Source: a virus
DNA: 64,000 nt
Virus record (IMG/VR): IMGVR_UViG_3300024981_000003
Reading direction: 5' to 3' (one strand)
Both the position numbers and the translations under genes were made by a program. The notes below the pieces were generated by a model. That model was given only the letters and a program-made list of their open reading frames with translations, was not told the origin of the DNA and searched no databases. Shown here piece after piece: positions 24,772 to 34,381 of the stretch. Positions within the stretch are counted from its first letter, which is position 1; each line of letters starts with the position of its first letter.

Positions 24772-25482
24772 TTAGTTCTGCTCAATTTCGAGCGCACAAA
24801 CGAAAGCCGACACGGCCGTGGGCGTCACCGCTGACCGGCACTCGAGAAGCCCGTAGATCGCGGTGCCGGTCGCCTGGAAGAGGATCGCCGAACCGGTCGA
24901 CGGTGCCGCTATTCCCTTCTCAGCATCGGAAAAATGACGATCGAGCGTCACCTCCGCGTAGCCGAGATAATCGGACTCGGTCGACAACCACGCGCCGTTG
25001 TCGCCGTTGCTGACCGTCGGCAGATTTTTGTAGAGGTGCAGACGCACGATCTTGCCGGCAAATGCCGTATCTGTCGTCTTCACACGGATGCGGATAATCT
25101 TTCCGTTTCCGTCTGCGATGCGCGGTGCCGCGAACGAAAACGGCGACACGTTCGCCGCCACTGTGTCGTTCGCGATCAAGTCACCGACGGCATAGGCCGT
25201 TGCGTCGTTCGGACGGGACCGCGTCGAAGACGCGACGACGACGCGACCTCCGACTTCGCCGAGATGATTTTCGCCAGCCTGCCCGATAACGTAGAGGGGC
25301 CCCGTCAGCAACGCGCCGAGCACTGTGTTGCCTGCGATCAGTAGATCCTGGATCGCCTTCAGGCGCCCGAGCTGCGTGTTCAGCGTCGGAACGTTTTGAA
25401 TTTCGCCCATCGCGACCAGCAGGTCGTCGATGGTTTTGATTGTGACCGTCGAACCTTGCGCGTTTTTGACATCGATAGACAT
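24772..25482 (-). CDS. Fibre-cassette protein B' (236 aa), paralog of 54522-55268
   Basis: Shared blocks RP.(D/T)(A/T)TAYA..D.I.N and TDT.(F/L)AGK..R..L(Y/F). GAGGAG SD. Confidence 0.6.
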   Translation of the reverse strand: MSIDVKNAQGSTVTIKTIDDLLVAMGEIQNVPTLNTQLGRLKAIQDLLIAGNTVLGALLTGPLYVIGQAGENHLGEVGGRVVVASSTRSRPNDATAYAVGDLIANDTVAANVSPFSFAAPRIADGNGKIIRIRVKTTDTAFAGKIVRLHLYKNLPTVSNGDNGAWLSTESDYLGYAEVTLDRHFSDAEKGIAAPSTGSAILFQATGTAIYGLLECRSAVTPTAVSAFVCALEIEQN

Positions 25483-25497
25483 TGCTGCGGGATCTCC

Positions 25498-26607
25498 TCA
25501 CGCCGCGATCGGGATGTATTGGGAATCGTCGACCTTCGAGAAGTCGAGTGACGGGACGCTTTCCGGCGGCAGGACGCAGGGCAGGCCGGTCGGGAACTGG
25601 TTCCAGAGGACAACGACGTTCGCCGGCTTGACCTTGTTGATCAGGCACATGAACGCGTTGATGTTGTCGTTGGAATAGCCGTACGGAATGGGGTAGCCAG
25701 GACCGCGGTCGGGGTCGCCGTAGTTGTAGCCCGGGAACTTGACGTTGGTGATATCGATGTACACGCGGAAGCGGCCGAGCCGCGGATACAGGTCGTACCG
25801 CTTTGGATAGCAGGCCTGATAGAGGGCGGGCTTCTGCACGTACCAGCCGGGCGTGACGTCGATCTTGAGGCCGAACATCGCCGCAAGACGTTTGAAATCA
25901 TCCGCCGAACGCCAGCGCTTTTTCGTCAGCCGGAACCAGATATTCCGACGCCGCTCCTCGATCGTGACGGCGACGGGCAAACAGGCGTCCGGAAGCGATA
26001 GCGCGGCTTCCCATTCGGGAAGCATGGCTTCAGTGGTGCGCGGATCAAGTTCGCGAGAGAGATTGCAGAGCGACGCCATCGCGTCGTCGAACACGCTCGC
26101 GATCGCGGATGCCAACTTGAAGGCTTTCTTTCCCGGCCAGCGCCAAGCGATCCAGGCCCAGCCGCTCGGCAGATGCCGCAAGAACGCATCAAGGGAATCG
26201 CCAAGAAGATTGATCCAGCCGCAGTTGGGCAAATTCCAGAATACGCTGCCCTCGGTCGCCTGCGAAACACCGCCGAGCGTTGCATGCTGCGAAACGAGAG
26301 ATGCCCGCTGCAGGACGGCCGCCTGCTTGATGCCTTGAAGCGTGCCAGGACTTCGTGCTGCCGTGTAAACTTGAACGGCGGCCGATTGCTTCAGCGGCTG
26401 CAACTGCTGCGCCGGCGCGTTGAACAGATACCCTGTGCCGGTAAACTGCGTGATGCCGCCGACGGTTTGGGACGCGGTTGCCGACCCTATGCGTGTTCCC
26501 GACGTAATGAGGGTAACGCCGGCGAGCGTTGCGAGTGACGCAACTTTCCTCGCGGGACGGCCGATACCAGAAATCGCTGTCGATGAAATTGCTGAGAAGC
26601 CAAGCAT
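25498..26607 (-). CDS. Mu gp48-like (DUF2313-type) baseplate/tail protein with N-terminal extension
   Basis: Follows the baseplate J gene. Central ELDPRTTEAMLPEWEAALSLPD motif is typical of gp48-like proteins. Confidence 0.6.
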   Translation of the reverse strand: MLGFSAISSTAISGIGRPARKVASLATLAGVTLITSGTRIGSATASQTVGGITQFTGTGYLFNAPAQQLQPLKQSAAVQVYTAARSPGTLQGIKQAAVLQRASLVSQHATLGGVSQATEGSVFWNLPNCGWINLLGDSLDAFLRHLPSGWAWIAWRWPGKKAFKLASAIASVFDDAMASLCNLSRELDPRTTEAMLPEWEAALSLPDACLPVAVTIEERRRNIWFRLTKKRWRSADDFKRLAAMFGLKIDVTPGWYVQKPALYQACYPKRYDLYPRLGRFRVYIDITNVKFPGYNYGDPDRGPGYPIPYGYSNDNINAFMCLINKVKPANVVVLWNQFPTGLPCVLPPESVPSLDFSKVDDSQYIPIAA

Positions 26608-26623
26608 CTGCGCTCAACACTCC

Positions 26624-27994
26624 TCAGCCGAACGTAACGGTGCCAATAACGGGGTAGTCGTCGTAATCGTAGCTGGGCGTCGTGCCGGCGATGATGTCGC
26701 TGCTCGGACTCGAGAGAGCGAAGCTCTTCAGTCGCTGCCGGGATTCGAGGTCGAATGCCGACTTGATCACGCATTCGTAGTCGAGTTCCGTGATCGTACC
26801 GCCCCACTCGGCCTCTTCCTTGAAATACTGGCCGAGCGCGGCGATGATCGCGCGGCGCATGCCGGGCGTGTCGGGCGTGATCGCGGCAAACGCGAAATTC
26901 ACAAAGTAAGCCGGCGGCGACATGACGATGACGTCTTCCTCCGCCGTATTTGCAGGAAGCTCGAGCGCCAGGATGCGGTTTTTGACATCGAGCACCTCCT
27001 GCGCGGATGGAAGGAAATCGGCGTCGTTATCGCGCAGAAACGCAATCTTGACCTGCCCTTCCAGCGGAAAGCCGGGTTGCGGATCGACTTGCGCCGTGCG
27101 CACAAAAACGCGCGTCACACCGGGAACCTGCTTGGCCACGATCTCGATTTCGGATTGCGAGAACATGCCGAAATCGGTGCCGAGCGCCTGAAGGATCCGC
27201 GCACGATACTCGTCGGGGAGTTCATCGTCGGTACCGCCGGACAAGCCGCCGAACGTCACGATGGCGCTGGAATCGGCTCCGTTGGGCGCCGCCGTGATTG
27301 AGATTGTGGTGCCGTTCGAGGTGTTCGTGTTCTGCCCGGCCGTTGTCGCTTCGACCTCGAGGCTCGCATACGTCGCGACAAGTTCGATCTGGCCTGTCGC
27401 CGGTGTTACACCGGGAATCGTCGCTGGCTCGTATGTGAATTCATCGTCATCCGTGACCGTAATCTCGACATCGCCGTTGTAGTCCGATTGCGTGGCGCCG
27501 GCGATCGCGACCGTCATACCGGTTGCCAAAAAATGAGGGTTCGGCGTTTGTGCAATCGCGCGACCCGTTACGACATCGTAAGACAGCGAGGTAAGGAACT
27601 GCCCCTGCGTGACAATGGTCGCGGAAAAGAGCGCCTTATAGACAGTCGAGTTCGCGCCTTGAAATTCCGTCCCGGCGTTGATGGTCGTTCCGGCGTCGCC
27701 GGTGACCGCGACGTAGCCGTGTGCAGCGGCGGCCGGATTGGGCGCGATATGCGTGAGATCGCGCCACCATCCGCGCGTTAGAAATTCGCCCGTTGCCGAT
27801 TGCGGAAACGGCTCCTTATCGGCGTAGCGCTTCAGCGCGATGTACCAATCGGCCATCAGCGATCCGACCGCCTTGACCAAGCCGCCGACGAATGATCGGC
27901 GTTCCGTCGACGGATCGAGTTCCGGCAATTCGCTGCGCACGGTATTGCGCAGCGAGTCCGTCACCGCTTTTCGGGACGAGATAATCAAAGGCAT
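26624..27994 (-). CDS. Baseplate J-like protein (Mu gp47 family)
   Basis: 456 aa. Position between the gp46-like and gp48-like genes. N-terminal pattern ...DPSTERRSF.GGL.KA.... Confidence 0.75.
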   Translation of the reverse strand: MPLIISSRKAVTDSLRNTVRSELPELDPSTERRSFVGGLVKAVGSLMADWYIALKRYADKEPFPQSATGEFLTRGWWRDLTHIAPNPAAAAHGYVAVTGDAGTTINAGTEFQGANSTVYKALFSATIVTQGQFLTSLSYDVVTGRAIAQTPNPHFLATGMTVAIAGATQSDYNGDVEITVTDDDEFTYEPATIPGVTPATGQIELVATYASLEVEATTAGQNTNTSNGTTISITAAPNGADSSAIVTFGGLSGGTDDELPDEYRARILQALGTDFGMFSQSEIEIVAKQVPGVTRVFVRTAQVDPQPGFPLEGQVKIAFLRDNDADFLPSAQEVLDVKNRILALELPANTAEEDVIVMSPPAYFVNFAFAAITPDTPGMRRAIIAALGQYFKEEAEWGGTITELDYECVIKSAFDLESRQRLKSFALSSPSSDIIAGTTPSYDYDDYPVIGTVTFG

Positions 27995-28006
27995 GAAGGT
28001 GCGTCC

Positions 28007-28489
28007 TTAGCTCGTCGCGAGCAGACCGGTTTTCGTCGCTTGAATGAGAGGGAACGCGTGTTTGGTGATGTTGCCTTCCGGCTCGGCGATGGTGATGACG
28101 ATCTCCACCGACCGCGCCCATGCGTTCGACGTGATCGAGGCGATGACGTATTTCGCGAGGCCCTCGTCGACCATCCAGGCGTGCGATTGCTCGGCCTCTG
28201 ATCGGACGCCCGCGATAACATCGTCGGTCAGGCGCCGCTGCTCGTAGAGCCAAAGACCGGAACCGAAGTTGTCGTTCGGGACATCGCTCAACAGATTGCC
28301 AATCCAGCCGCGGCGTTTCATTGGATCGGCGACTTCATCGGCGCGCGCGCGCCGATCGGAAAAGAGCGACACGAACGACGCACTCTCGAGCCCGGCCGTC
28401 AGTTTGAAATCTCGCGCATTGGCGTCAATGACAAGATCGTAGATGCCCTCATCATCAGCGGCGAAGGCGAGATCGGTGAAGTTCTGCAT
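28007..28489 (-). CDS. Mu gp46-like baseplate protein
   Basis: DLAFAADDEGIYDLVIDANARDFKLTAGLESA..SLFSDRRA pattern. Synteny. Confidence 0.7.
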   Translation of the reverse strand: MQNFTDLAFAADDEGIYDLVIDANARDFKLTAGLESASFVSLFSDRRARADEVADPMKRRGWIGNLLSDVPNDNFGSGLWLYEQRRLTDDVIAGVRSEAEQSHAWMVDEGLAKYVIASITSNAWARSVEIVITIAEPEGNITKHAFPLIQATKTGLLATS

Positions 28490-28495
28490 GATCGC

Positions 28496-28756
28496 TCACA
28501 CGTCGGAAAAGGTTTTCGTCGCACCTGAAATGAGCGCCGCGCCGCACGCCGTATGATCACCATGCCGGGCAATTTTCTTGCCCTCGGCAAAATGCTTGCT
28601 CGAATGCTCGACGATCGGGTTGGGACCGTGAATCGGGCAATCGAGGATGTCGCCCTCGCGCGCGATCAGCTTGCCTTCGCAATAGGTTTTGGAAGCGGAC
28701 GTGACGACGGCGCCACCATGTGTGCTCGTATCTCCGAGCCGGACGATCAGCGGCAT
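28496..28756 (-). CDS. PAAR-domain spike-tip protein
   Basis: Strings LGDTSTHGG, EGDILDCPIHG and ARHGDHTACGA. TAATG overlap with the upstream gene. Confidence 0.8.
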   Translation of the reverse strand: MPLIVRLGDTSTHGGAVVTSASKTYCEGKLIAREGDILDCPIHGPNPIVEHSSKHFAEGKKIARHGDHTACGAALISGATKTFSDV

Positions 28757-29127
28757 TAGTTGAGGTGGATTTCGCCGCCAGAATTCAGCTTTATGTCGTT
28801 CTTCGATGTGTGGACGGTATCGCCATTCGCGGCATGCTGGATCGCGTTGTCGGTCGAATGGTTTTTCAACGTGACCTCGCCCTCTTTCTGCTGGTCGACG
28901 CGCTTCGATGGCGGCGGCATGATGATGCAAACGGCCTTGCCTTCGTCGCCATCGGGGACAAATACAAGGCATTGGCTGCCGGGGATCGCGTTCGCCTGAA
29001 CGCCAAATCCCTCGATTGCCTGGCAATCCATCTCCTTGCCGTCGCATTCGATCGTGTGAAGCTTGTACGGGCCCTTGTCGTCAGACGATTTCTTGAGTTC
29101 GCCCCAACGAATGTTGCGATCGCTCAT
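28756..29127 (-). CDS. Mu gp45-like baseplate spike/assembly protein (gpV-like)
   Basis: 123 aa. Synteny between the gp44-like and PAAR genes. C-terminal beta-repeat HTSKNDIKLNSGGEIHLN. Confidence 0.7.
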   Translation of the reverse strand: MSDRNIRWGELKKSSDDKGPYKLHTIECDGKEMDCQAIEGFGVQANAIPGSQCLVFVPDGDEGKAVCIIMPPPSKRVDQQKEGEVTLKNHSTDNAIQHAANGDTVHTSKNDIKLNSGGEIHLN

Positions 29128-29140
29128 GATCTTCCCCAGT

Positions 29141-30300
29141 TCAGATGTTGCCGTCGCCGCCCGGGAACGATCCGACGCTTGATCCGCCCATGCCGAATTT
29201 CGACGTCCGCCCCATAGCGGCCGACGCGCCTTCTTCGTCGGTCGTGTAGGCGTCGGGATAGGTGCAGGAGATCTCCGTCGTCTCGCCGCCGCCCCACGTT
29301 TTGTGAAATTTGACGGACGAGATCAGGAGTTCCGCCTCGATCTCCCAATGAGCGTCGAGCACAGGGACAAGAAACCCGTGCCACCAAAGCCAGCCAGGAG
29401 ATCCATAAAATCCTTGAACAGTCGCGGTGTACTGGAAGCCGCGCGCTTTGGCTTCGCTCGACCGCCACTTCGCCGCTTTCGATGGCGACGTCCCGGAAAG
29501 CCCTTTGGCGCCGCGCGCGTGCATCTTCCGCTGGGAACGGACAGAGGAATCAACAGCCACCCCCCAGTTCTTTTGCAACGGATTGGCTTGCGCAGTTTTC
29601 TCGCCCTTCTGCTTCGATTGCCACCAATCCTTGTCGTTCGTCGACTTTTGGCCGTTGACGGCCGTCGTGTTGTGGCGGTTGAGATCGGAGTTGCGATACT
29701 TCGACTTCAACACGTTGTTCGCTGGATTGTCTTCGAACGTCGACATCAACATCGCCGGCGCGCGAAGCTTCCGGTTGCGATCGATGACAAGCGAGCCCTT
29801 GCCGTCGGTGTTGAAAAGCACCTGCCGCTTTTGTGCCCAGTCGTCGAGAAACTTGAACCCGCGTTCGTCGATCGATGCCGAGATTTGTTCGCCGTGCTCG
29901 TAGGGCGGCGGTCCGATGTTGTCGATGACCGGGATATTCAGGCCCATCGCGCCGATCGTTTGCTGCGCCATCTGCTGCAGCGTGATCGGCGGTTTCAGTT
30001 TCAGTTTCGGCCCGACCGTGGAATCGATCAGATCCTGCGTCTGATCGCGGATCGTCGCGTTGATGTAATGGTTGTTGTCGTCGAGTTCGCCATCGACCTC
30101 GTGCACATAGCCGGTGATGACCGGGCGGCCGTCGATGATGACCTGCGCGAAGTCGCCGACCCGCATCGGAAGCGGGATGCCGGGAAGCTCCGACATTTTG
30201 ACGTTGGCCTGCCCCGCGCACTTGTCATGCGCTTGGTCGACCGTCACCTCGACCCAGCCGGTGAACGGCGAGCCGTTGGCCGTCACAACGACGATGGCCA
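29141..30300 (-). CDS. Mu gp44/P-like baseplate hub (late control D family)
   Basis: ATG at 30300 (MAIVVVTANG...) chosen within the track ORF. Synteny after the DNA-circulation gene. Confidence 0.7.
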
Positions 30301-30339
30301 TGATGGCACCTTTTTGGGGAAGTTCTTGCCGGTCGGCGG

Positions 30340-31545
30340 TCAGTCCACGCCGATCAGGATGTTGACGGCGCCGTCGAACAAGGCCGGGTTTATGCCGGCA
30401 TTGAGATCGACGAGCGTGTCGGTGCGATCGTCTGCGTCGTAAAGCATGTAGGCCAGCACGGAGGCCGGAAATTGTGGAACGTCGAGCCAACCGATATTGG
30501 GAAGCTGCAGCTCTTCCTGCCGAAGCACGTCCATCGCGGCCGCCACGATCTTCGCGATGGCCGCCGCCGTGTCGGACGGTAGTGTTTCGGTCGGGATCGC
30601 TTCGTAGAGCGCCAGCAGTTGACGCTCCGCGCTCGCAACGCCATCGACCGTCGTGTACGTCGTGCCGGCCATCGCTTCAGCCATCGACGACAAGCACGCG
30701 AGTTGTATGAACGTGGCGTAGGTATAGAGCGACCGAGACCGCACTTGATAATCAAGCGTCGCCGTAAGACCCGTCGTCGGAATGGCGGCGGCCACGGCGT
30801 GCATCTGCGTTGCCTGGCTCGCAGCCTGCGCCATGCCATTGACGATATCCTGGCCTGTATAGGTGGCCGAGATATCTTCGAACGGGCCGCGGAAAAGTGC
30901 CGTCAGTTCGTTGGAAAGCATCGGAGCGCTGGTCGCATAGCGCTCGGGCGCGGAGATCAGATGTCCGGCCGCCGTCTGCACCGCTTCCACAGATCCGAAT
31001 GCAGTCACGAACGTCTCGGCCACGGCCGTCACTTGCTTGGCCATGAAGGTCTCGGTCACGGCCGACATTGCCGGCGTGCCGTAGGCGTTCTGAAACAGCG
31101 TGAAGAGCTCGCCGACGAACTGAGCCGAGAGCCCCGTGACCAATGCGGCAATGGCCGACGTCCTGCCGGGAAACACGGCAGGACCGGTGACGAGAAAGCA
31201 GACTTCGAGTTCGAGAACGCCGGTTTCGCGATCTTCGCGCTTGACCCTCCAAGGCCCTTTGACCGCGCAAAACTGCGTGCCATACCACGGATGATGCAGA
31301 GTGCCCGGACCCGGTCGATTGAGGGCCGAGCGCAGCGCGCTGAAATCGGACAGCACCGAATTCCCGTGCAGCACGCACGTCATTTTGAATTCGGGCGGGA
31401 TATAACCGTTATCCTCGGCGTACCGGAGCGAGGAATCCGGATAGCGGTGGTCGATCGTATTGCGGCCCTCTTCCGCGGTATCGTGCGGACAGAGAAAGCG
31501 CGCACCCCGGAATGATGCCGGGCGCAGATCGCGGAGCATCACCAT
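30340..31545 (-). CDS. Mu gp43/N-like DNA circulation protein
   Basis: N-terminal SFRGARF...EEGRNTIDHRYPDS motif of the DNA-circulation N-terminal domain. GAGG SD. Confidence 0.75.
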   Translation of the reverse strand: MVMLRDLRPASFRGARFLCPHDTAEEGRNTIDHRYPDSSLRYAEDNGYIPPEFKMTCVLHGNSVLSDFSALRSALNRPGPGTLHHPWYGTQFCAVKGPWRVKREDRETGVLELEVCFLVTGPAVFPGRTSAIAALVTGLSAQFVGELFTLFQNAYGTPAMSAVTETFMAKQVTAVAETFVTAFGSVEAVQTAAGHLISAPERYATSAPMLSNELTALFRGPFEDISATYTGQDIVNGMAQAASQATQMHAVAAAIPTTGLTATLDYQVRSRSLYTYATFIQLACLSSMAEAMAGTTYTTVDGVASAERQLLALYEAIPTETLPSDTAAAIAKIVAAAMDVLRQEELQLPNIGWLDVPQFPASVLAYMLYDADDRTDTLVDLNAGINPALFDGAVNILIGVD

Positions 31546-31555
31546 CGGAGAGCCT

Positions 31556-31594
31556 CAAAAAGCAAAACGCCCGGAAGCGGTATGCTGCCGGGCG
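31556..31594 (-). terminator. Intrinsic terminator 5 nt downstream (minus sense) of 95-bp repeat copy 1
   Basis: Minus strand reads CGCCCGG-N13-CCGGGCG followed by UUUUGCUUUUU. The SD and ATG 31545 follow. Confidence 0.7.
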
Positions 31595-31599
31595 CGAAG

Positions 31600-31694
31600 A
31601 GCGACGATAGAAATTACGATGCCAGTGACCCCGATTTGTCGCAAGGGGGCTGCAATGTTTTTTTATTGTTCGCCATGCGGCGGAGTGTCGCAGT
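31600..31694 (-). repeat. 95-bp perfect direct repeat, copy 1 (non-coding element)
   Basis: Matches 60574-60668 at 95 of 95 positions. Flanks are unrelated. Confidence 0.95.
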
Positions 31695-31759
31695 AAATTG
31701 TCTTTACGCGTGTGGTGCGAGCCCCAAGATCAACGCTACGACTGACGCGGGAGACGACG

Positions 31760-32020
31760 ATGGAAATTGGTGTCGGAACATTGCTCTTGGGGCTGGCGGG
31801 CATCGGCGGATTGGCCTATCTCGCCATTTTGGCCATATCATTTCAAGCTCCGCCGAAGCGGCCGCGCATGATGTCGATGCGCGACGCTCCGCACGTCAAG
31901 CCGCGCGAAGGCTATGTCGATGGCGTCGTCCGCCGATGGTCGATGATGATGGGGTGCTTGGTGCTTGCGGCCATTATCGCCATTCCGCTCCTCACCATCT
32001 TCGTACCCACCGGCCGCTGA
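31760..32020 (+). CDS. Small two-TM membrane protein encoded antisense to the tail operon (moron candidate)
   Basis: ATG at 31760 with a GGGAGA SD. TM segments IGVGTLLLGLAGIGGLAYLAILAI and MMMGCLVLAAIIAIPLLTIFV. The only plus-strand gene within 47 kb of minus-strand genes. Confidence 0.5.
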   Translation: MEIGVGTLLLGLAGIGGLAYLAILAISFQAPPKRPRMMSMRDAPHVKPREGYVDGVVRRWSMMMGCLVLAAIIAIPLLTIFVPTGR

Positions 32021-34354
32021 TCACTTCGAAACGCGTGGCGCCGCCGGTTCAGCCATGCTTTGACCACGAGGTGCCGATGCCGCAAGCGGCATCTCACCGT
32101 TGACGTTGGCTGTGAGGCCATTGAGGCCACTGAGCGTGCCCTTCAAGGTCACCGACGCGGGCACTTTCAATTCGATCGGATCGATCGTCGAGCGGACCTG
32201 CACGTCGGCCTGAATCCTTTGGGCGGCCGCATTTCTGCCCGCTGCTGCCGCATCGGCCGCAGACGCACCGCCGCCACGCGGGCCGAAGCCGTGGAACGTC
32301 GGCGACGGTTTCGGATGATACTTTGCTTTCAATGCTTCGGCTTCCGCGATCAGATCCTGGGCGTGCCGCATCCGCTCCTGCGTCGCCAGATACGAACGCC
32401 CTTCGATCCCGATGACATCGATGCCATGATGCCTCCGGCGCGCGTTGAAACGCATGTTATCGAGCTGCGCCGAATGGCGGTCGCCGAAGCCCGCCGCTTG
32501 CGTGATGGCCTCGGCGTTTGCGCGCGCGCCGGTCTTGTTTCCAGCCGCGATGTTTTTCATCAGCGCCCAGACTTCGGACAGAACTTTCTTCACCTGATCC
32601 CAATGCTGGTAGATCTCATAACCGAGAAAGATCAGCGCTCCGGTTCCGCTGATGAGGCTGAGGGCCCGCAAAGCTCCGACTGAAGCCCAAATGCCGGCCG
32701 CCGCTCCGCCAATACCTCTCAATGCCGCCGAAATGCCGGTAATGCGGGCCAAACCCGCGATCATGGGTCCAAGCGCACTCAATGCAAGCAAAGGCATCGC
32801 TGCAACCGACAACATATTTAGAGCAGCCGCCGTCCAGCCAGCGGCTTCGAGGAGCCATGGATGCGCGTCGGTACTCGTCGTGCCATGGCCGCGTGAACCG
32901 TGCACCACCGTTTTGCCGGTAATCGCATCCATGAGTTCACCAAACTTCGATGCCAGCTGCCCGACGTGCTCGCCAAACCCGGACTCACCGACAGAGACCT
33001 TCAACCGTTCCCATGCCGTCGCGAACCTTTTCAGACCAGCTGCTCCGCCTTTGGAACCTTCGAGGCCCATCATCTCCGCTAGACCATCGACGTTTTTCAA
33101 ATCTTCGATCATGGCACGCAGTTCGTTTTTGTTCGTGCCGTCGAACGCAGCCGCGATGGCTTGCGCGACTTTCTGTCCGCGGTCCCCAAACATCTTGTTG
33201 AATGCGGCGGCCCGTTGCGCTGGACTAAGTTTTGCCGCCGCCTTACCTACGACGTCGGCAAACTCTTCCGGCCCGAGCACCTTGCCATCCTTATCGGTCA
33301 GGTCGGATTTATGAAGGCCCAGAGCCTTCCAGAACGTGGCACCTTCCTTGGTCCAGTTGAGGGTCTTCGTGATCATGCGCGAGAGGCCCGATCCAGCGAA
33401 CTGGCCCATACCCCGCTTGGCGAGAAAGCCGACGGCGCCGACCGTCTGTTCCTCGGTCCATCCGGCCGCGTGGGCGACGGCCGAAATCTGACCCATTTGC
33501 GACGTGATCTGGCCCATGGTGATGCCCGTCTTCTGGTGGATGCGGGCGATCGTGTCCGAGATGTGCGGGAACTTCTCGGCAAATTCTTCCGGCTTCATGC
33601 CGAAGCCTTGCGCGATCATCAAATGTGTCTTGAACGTCTCGGCCGGATCCTCGCCGGTCGCCGTCGCGATACCGAGCATCTGTCTTGCAACGACCGACCC
33701 CAAAAGCTCGCCTGACTTGGTGCGAGCACCAATCGGAACCCCGCGCTCGGCTTCGGCCATCATCACTTTGGCAATCTCGGACGGTCCGAAAATCGTTCCA
33801 CGCGCAGTGTCCATTGCGCTCTTTCTCAGCGCCGCCAGTTGCACGTCATCGATCTGCCCCGCCATGGTGCCGCGGATCTTGCGGAACTCATCGTCAAAAT
33901 CTGCCCACGTCTTCGTGACGTCGTTGTGCAGCATTGAGAGCGCAAACAATCCGCCCATGAATCCGACGCCGGAGCCCTTCTCTTTCGGGCCCGGGATTGC
34001 GCCGGACTTGATCAGGTTTTGCCGCGCCACGTGGCGCTCGTACATCCCCTGCTCCATCTTCTCGATGCGGTTCATCGACTTGATCTGCAGTTCGGTGAAC
34101 CGCGCCGATTCCTGCGCGGCGCGGGAGTTGGCCTTCGTGAACGCACCAACGCCCTGCGCCGCCTTCTCGGCGCCGGCGGCGACGCGGTTCATCCCCGCCG
34201 CCGCTTTCGCCATCTGACCGTCGATCTCGGTCGCCGCCTTTCCCATGTTGCCGATCGACGTCTTGGCATCGGCTGCCGCTTTCGCAACACGCTCCGCAGC
34301 AGCGGAAAACGCGTCACGCAACGCGATAATGTACTCAACCGTAAATCCGGCCAT
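32021..34354 (-). CDS. Tail tape measure protein
   Basis: 777 aa. Lies directly downstream of the chaperone and frameshift genes. Helical N-terminus, Gly/Ala-rich hydrophobic central segments. Confidence 0.9.
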   Translation of the reverse strand: MAGFTVEYIIALRDAFSAAAERVAKAAADAKTSIGNMGKAATEIDGQMAKAAAGMNRVAAGAEKAAQGVGAFTKANSRAAQESARFTELQIKSMNRIEKMEQGMYERHVARQNLIKSGAIPGPKEKGSGVGFMGGLFALSMLHNDVTKTWADFDDEFRKIRGTMAGQIDDVQLAALRKSAMDTARGTIFGPSEIAKVMMAEAERGVPIGARTKSGELLGSVVARQMLGIATATGEDPAETFKTHLMIAQGFGMKPEEFAEKFPHISDTIARIHQKTGITMGQITSQMGQISAVAHAAGWTEEQTVGAVGFLAKRGMGQFAGSGLSRMITKTLNWTKEGATFWKALGLHKSDLTDKDGKVLGPEEFADVVGKAAAKLSPAQRAAAFNKMFGDRGQKVAQAIAAAFDGTNKNELRAMIEDLKNVDGLAEMMGLEGSKGGAAGLKRFATAWERLKVSVGESGFGEHVGQLASKFGELMDAITGKTVVHGSRGHGTTSTDAHPWLLEAAGWTAAALNMLSVAAMPLLALSALGPMIAGLARITGISAALRGIGGAAAGIWASVGALRALSLISGTGALIFLGYEIYQHWDQVKKVLSEVWALMKNIAAGNKTGARANAEAITQAAGFGDRHSAQLDNMRFNARRRHHGIDVIGIEGRSYLATQERMRHAQDLIAEAEALKAKYHPKPSPTFHGFGPRGGGASAADAAAAGRNAAAQRIQADVQVRSTIDPIELKVPASVTLKGTLSGLNGLTANVNGEMPLAASAPRGQSMAEPAAPRVSK

Positions 34355-34381
34355 GGATGATCCTCGCTCGAGGTGATTGCG

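Noticed and set aside
29303-30442. 379-aa plus-strand ORF
   Set aside because: It is antisense to the Mu gp44-like hub gene and has an Arg-rich shadow composition.
31582-32103. 173-aa plus-strand ORF spanning the 95-bp repeat (and 60499-60690 at copy 2)
   Set aside because: The shared peptide (DDRNYDASDPDLSQGGCNVFLLFAMRRSVAV) merely reflects the DNA repeat. The contexts differ and there is no SD. The real plus-strand gene at copy 1 starts at 31760.
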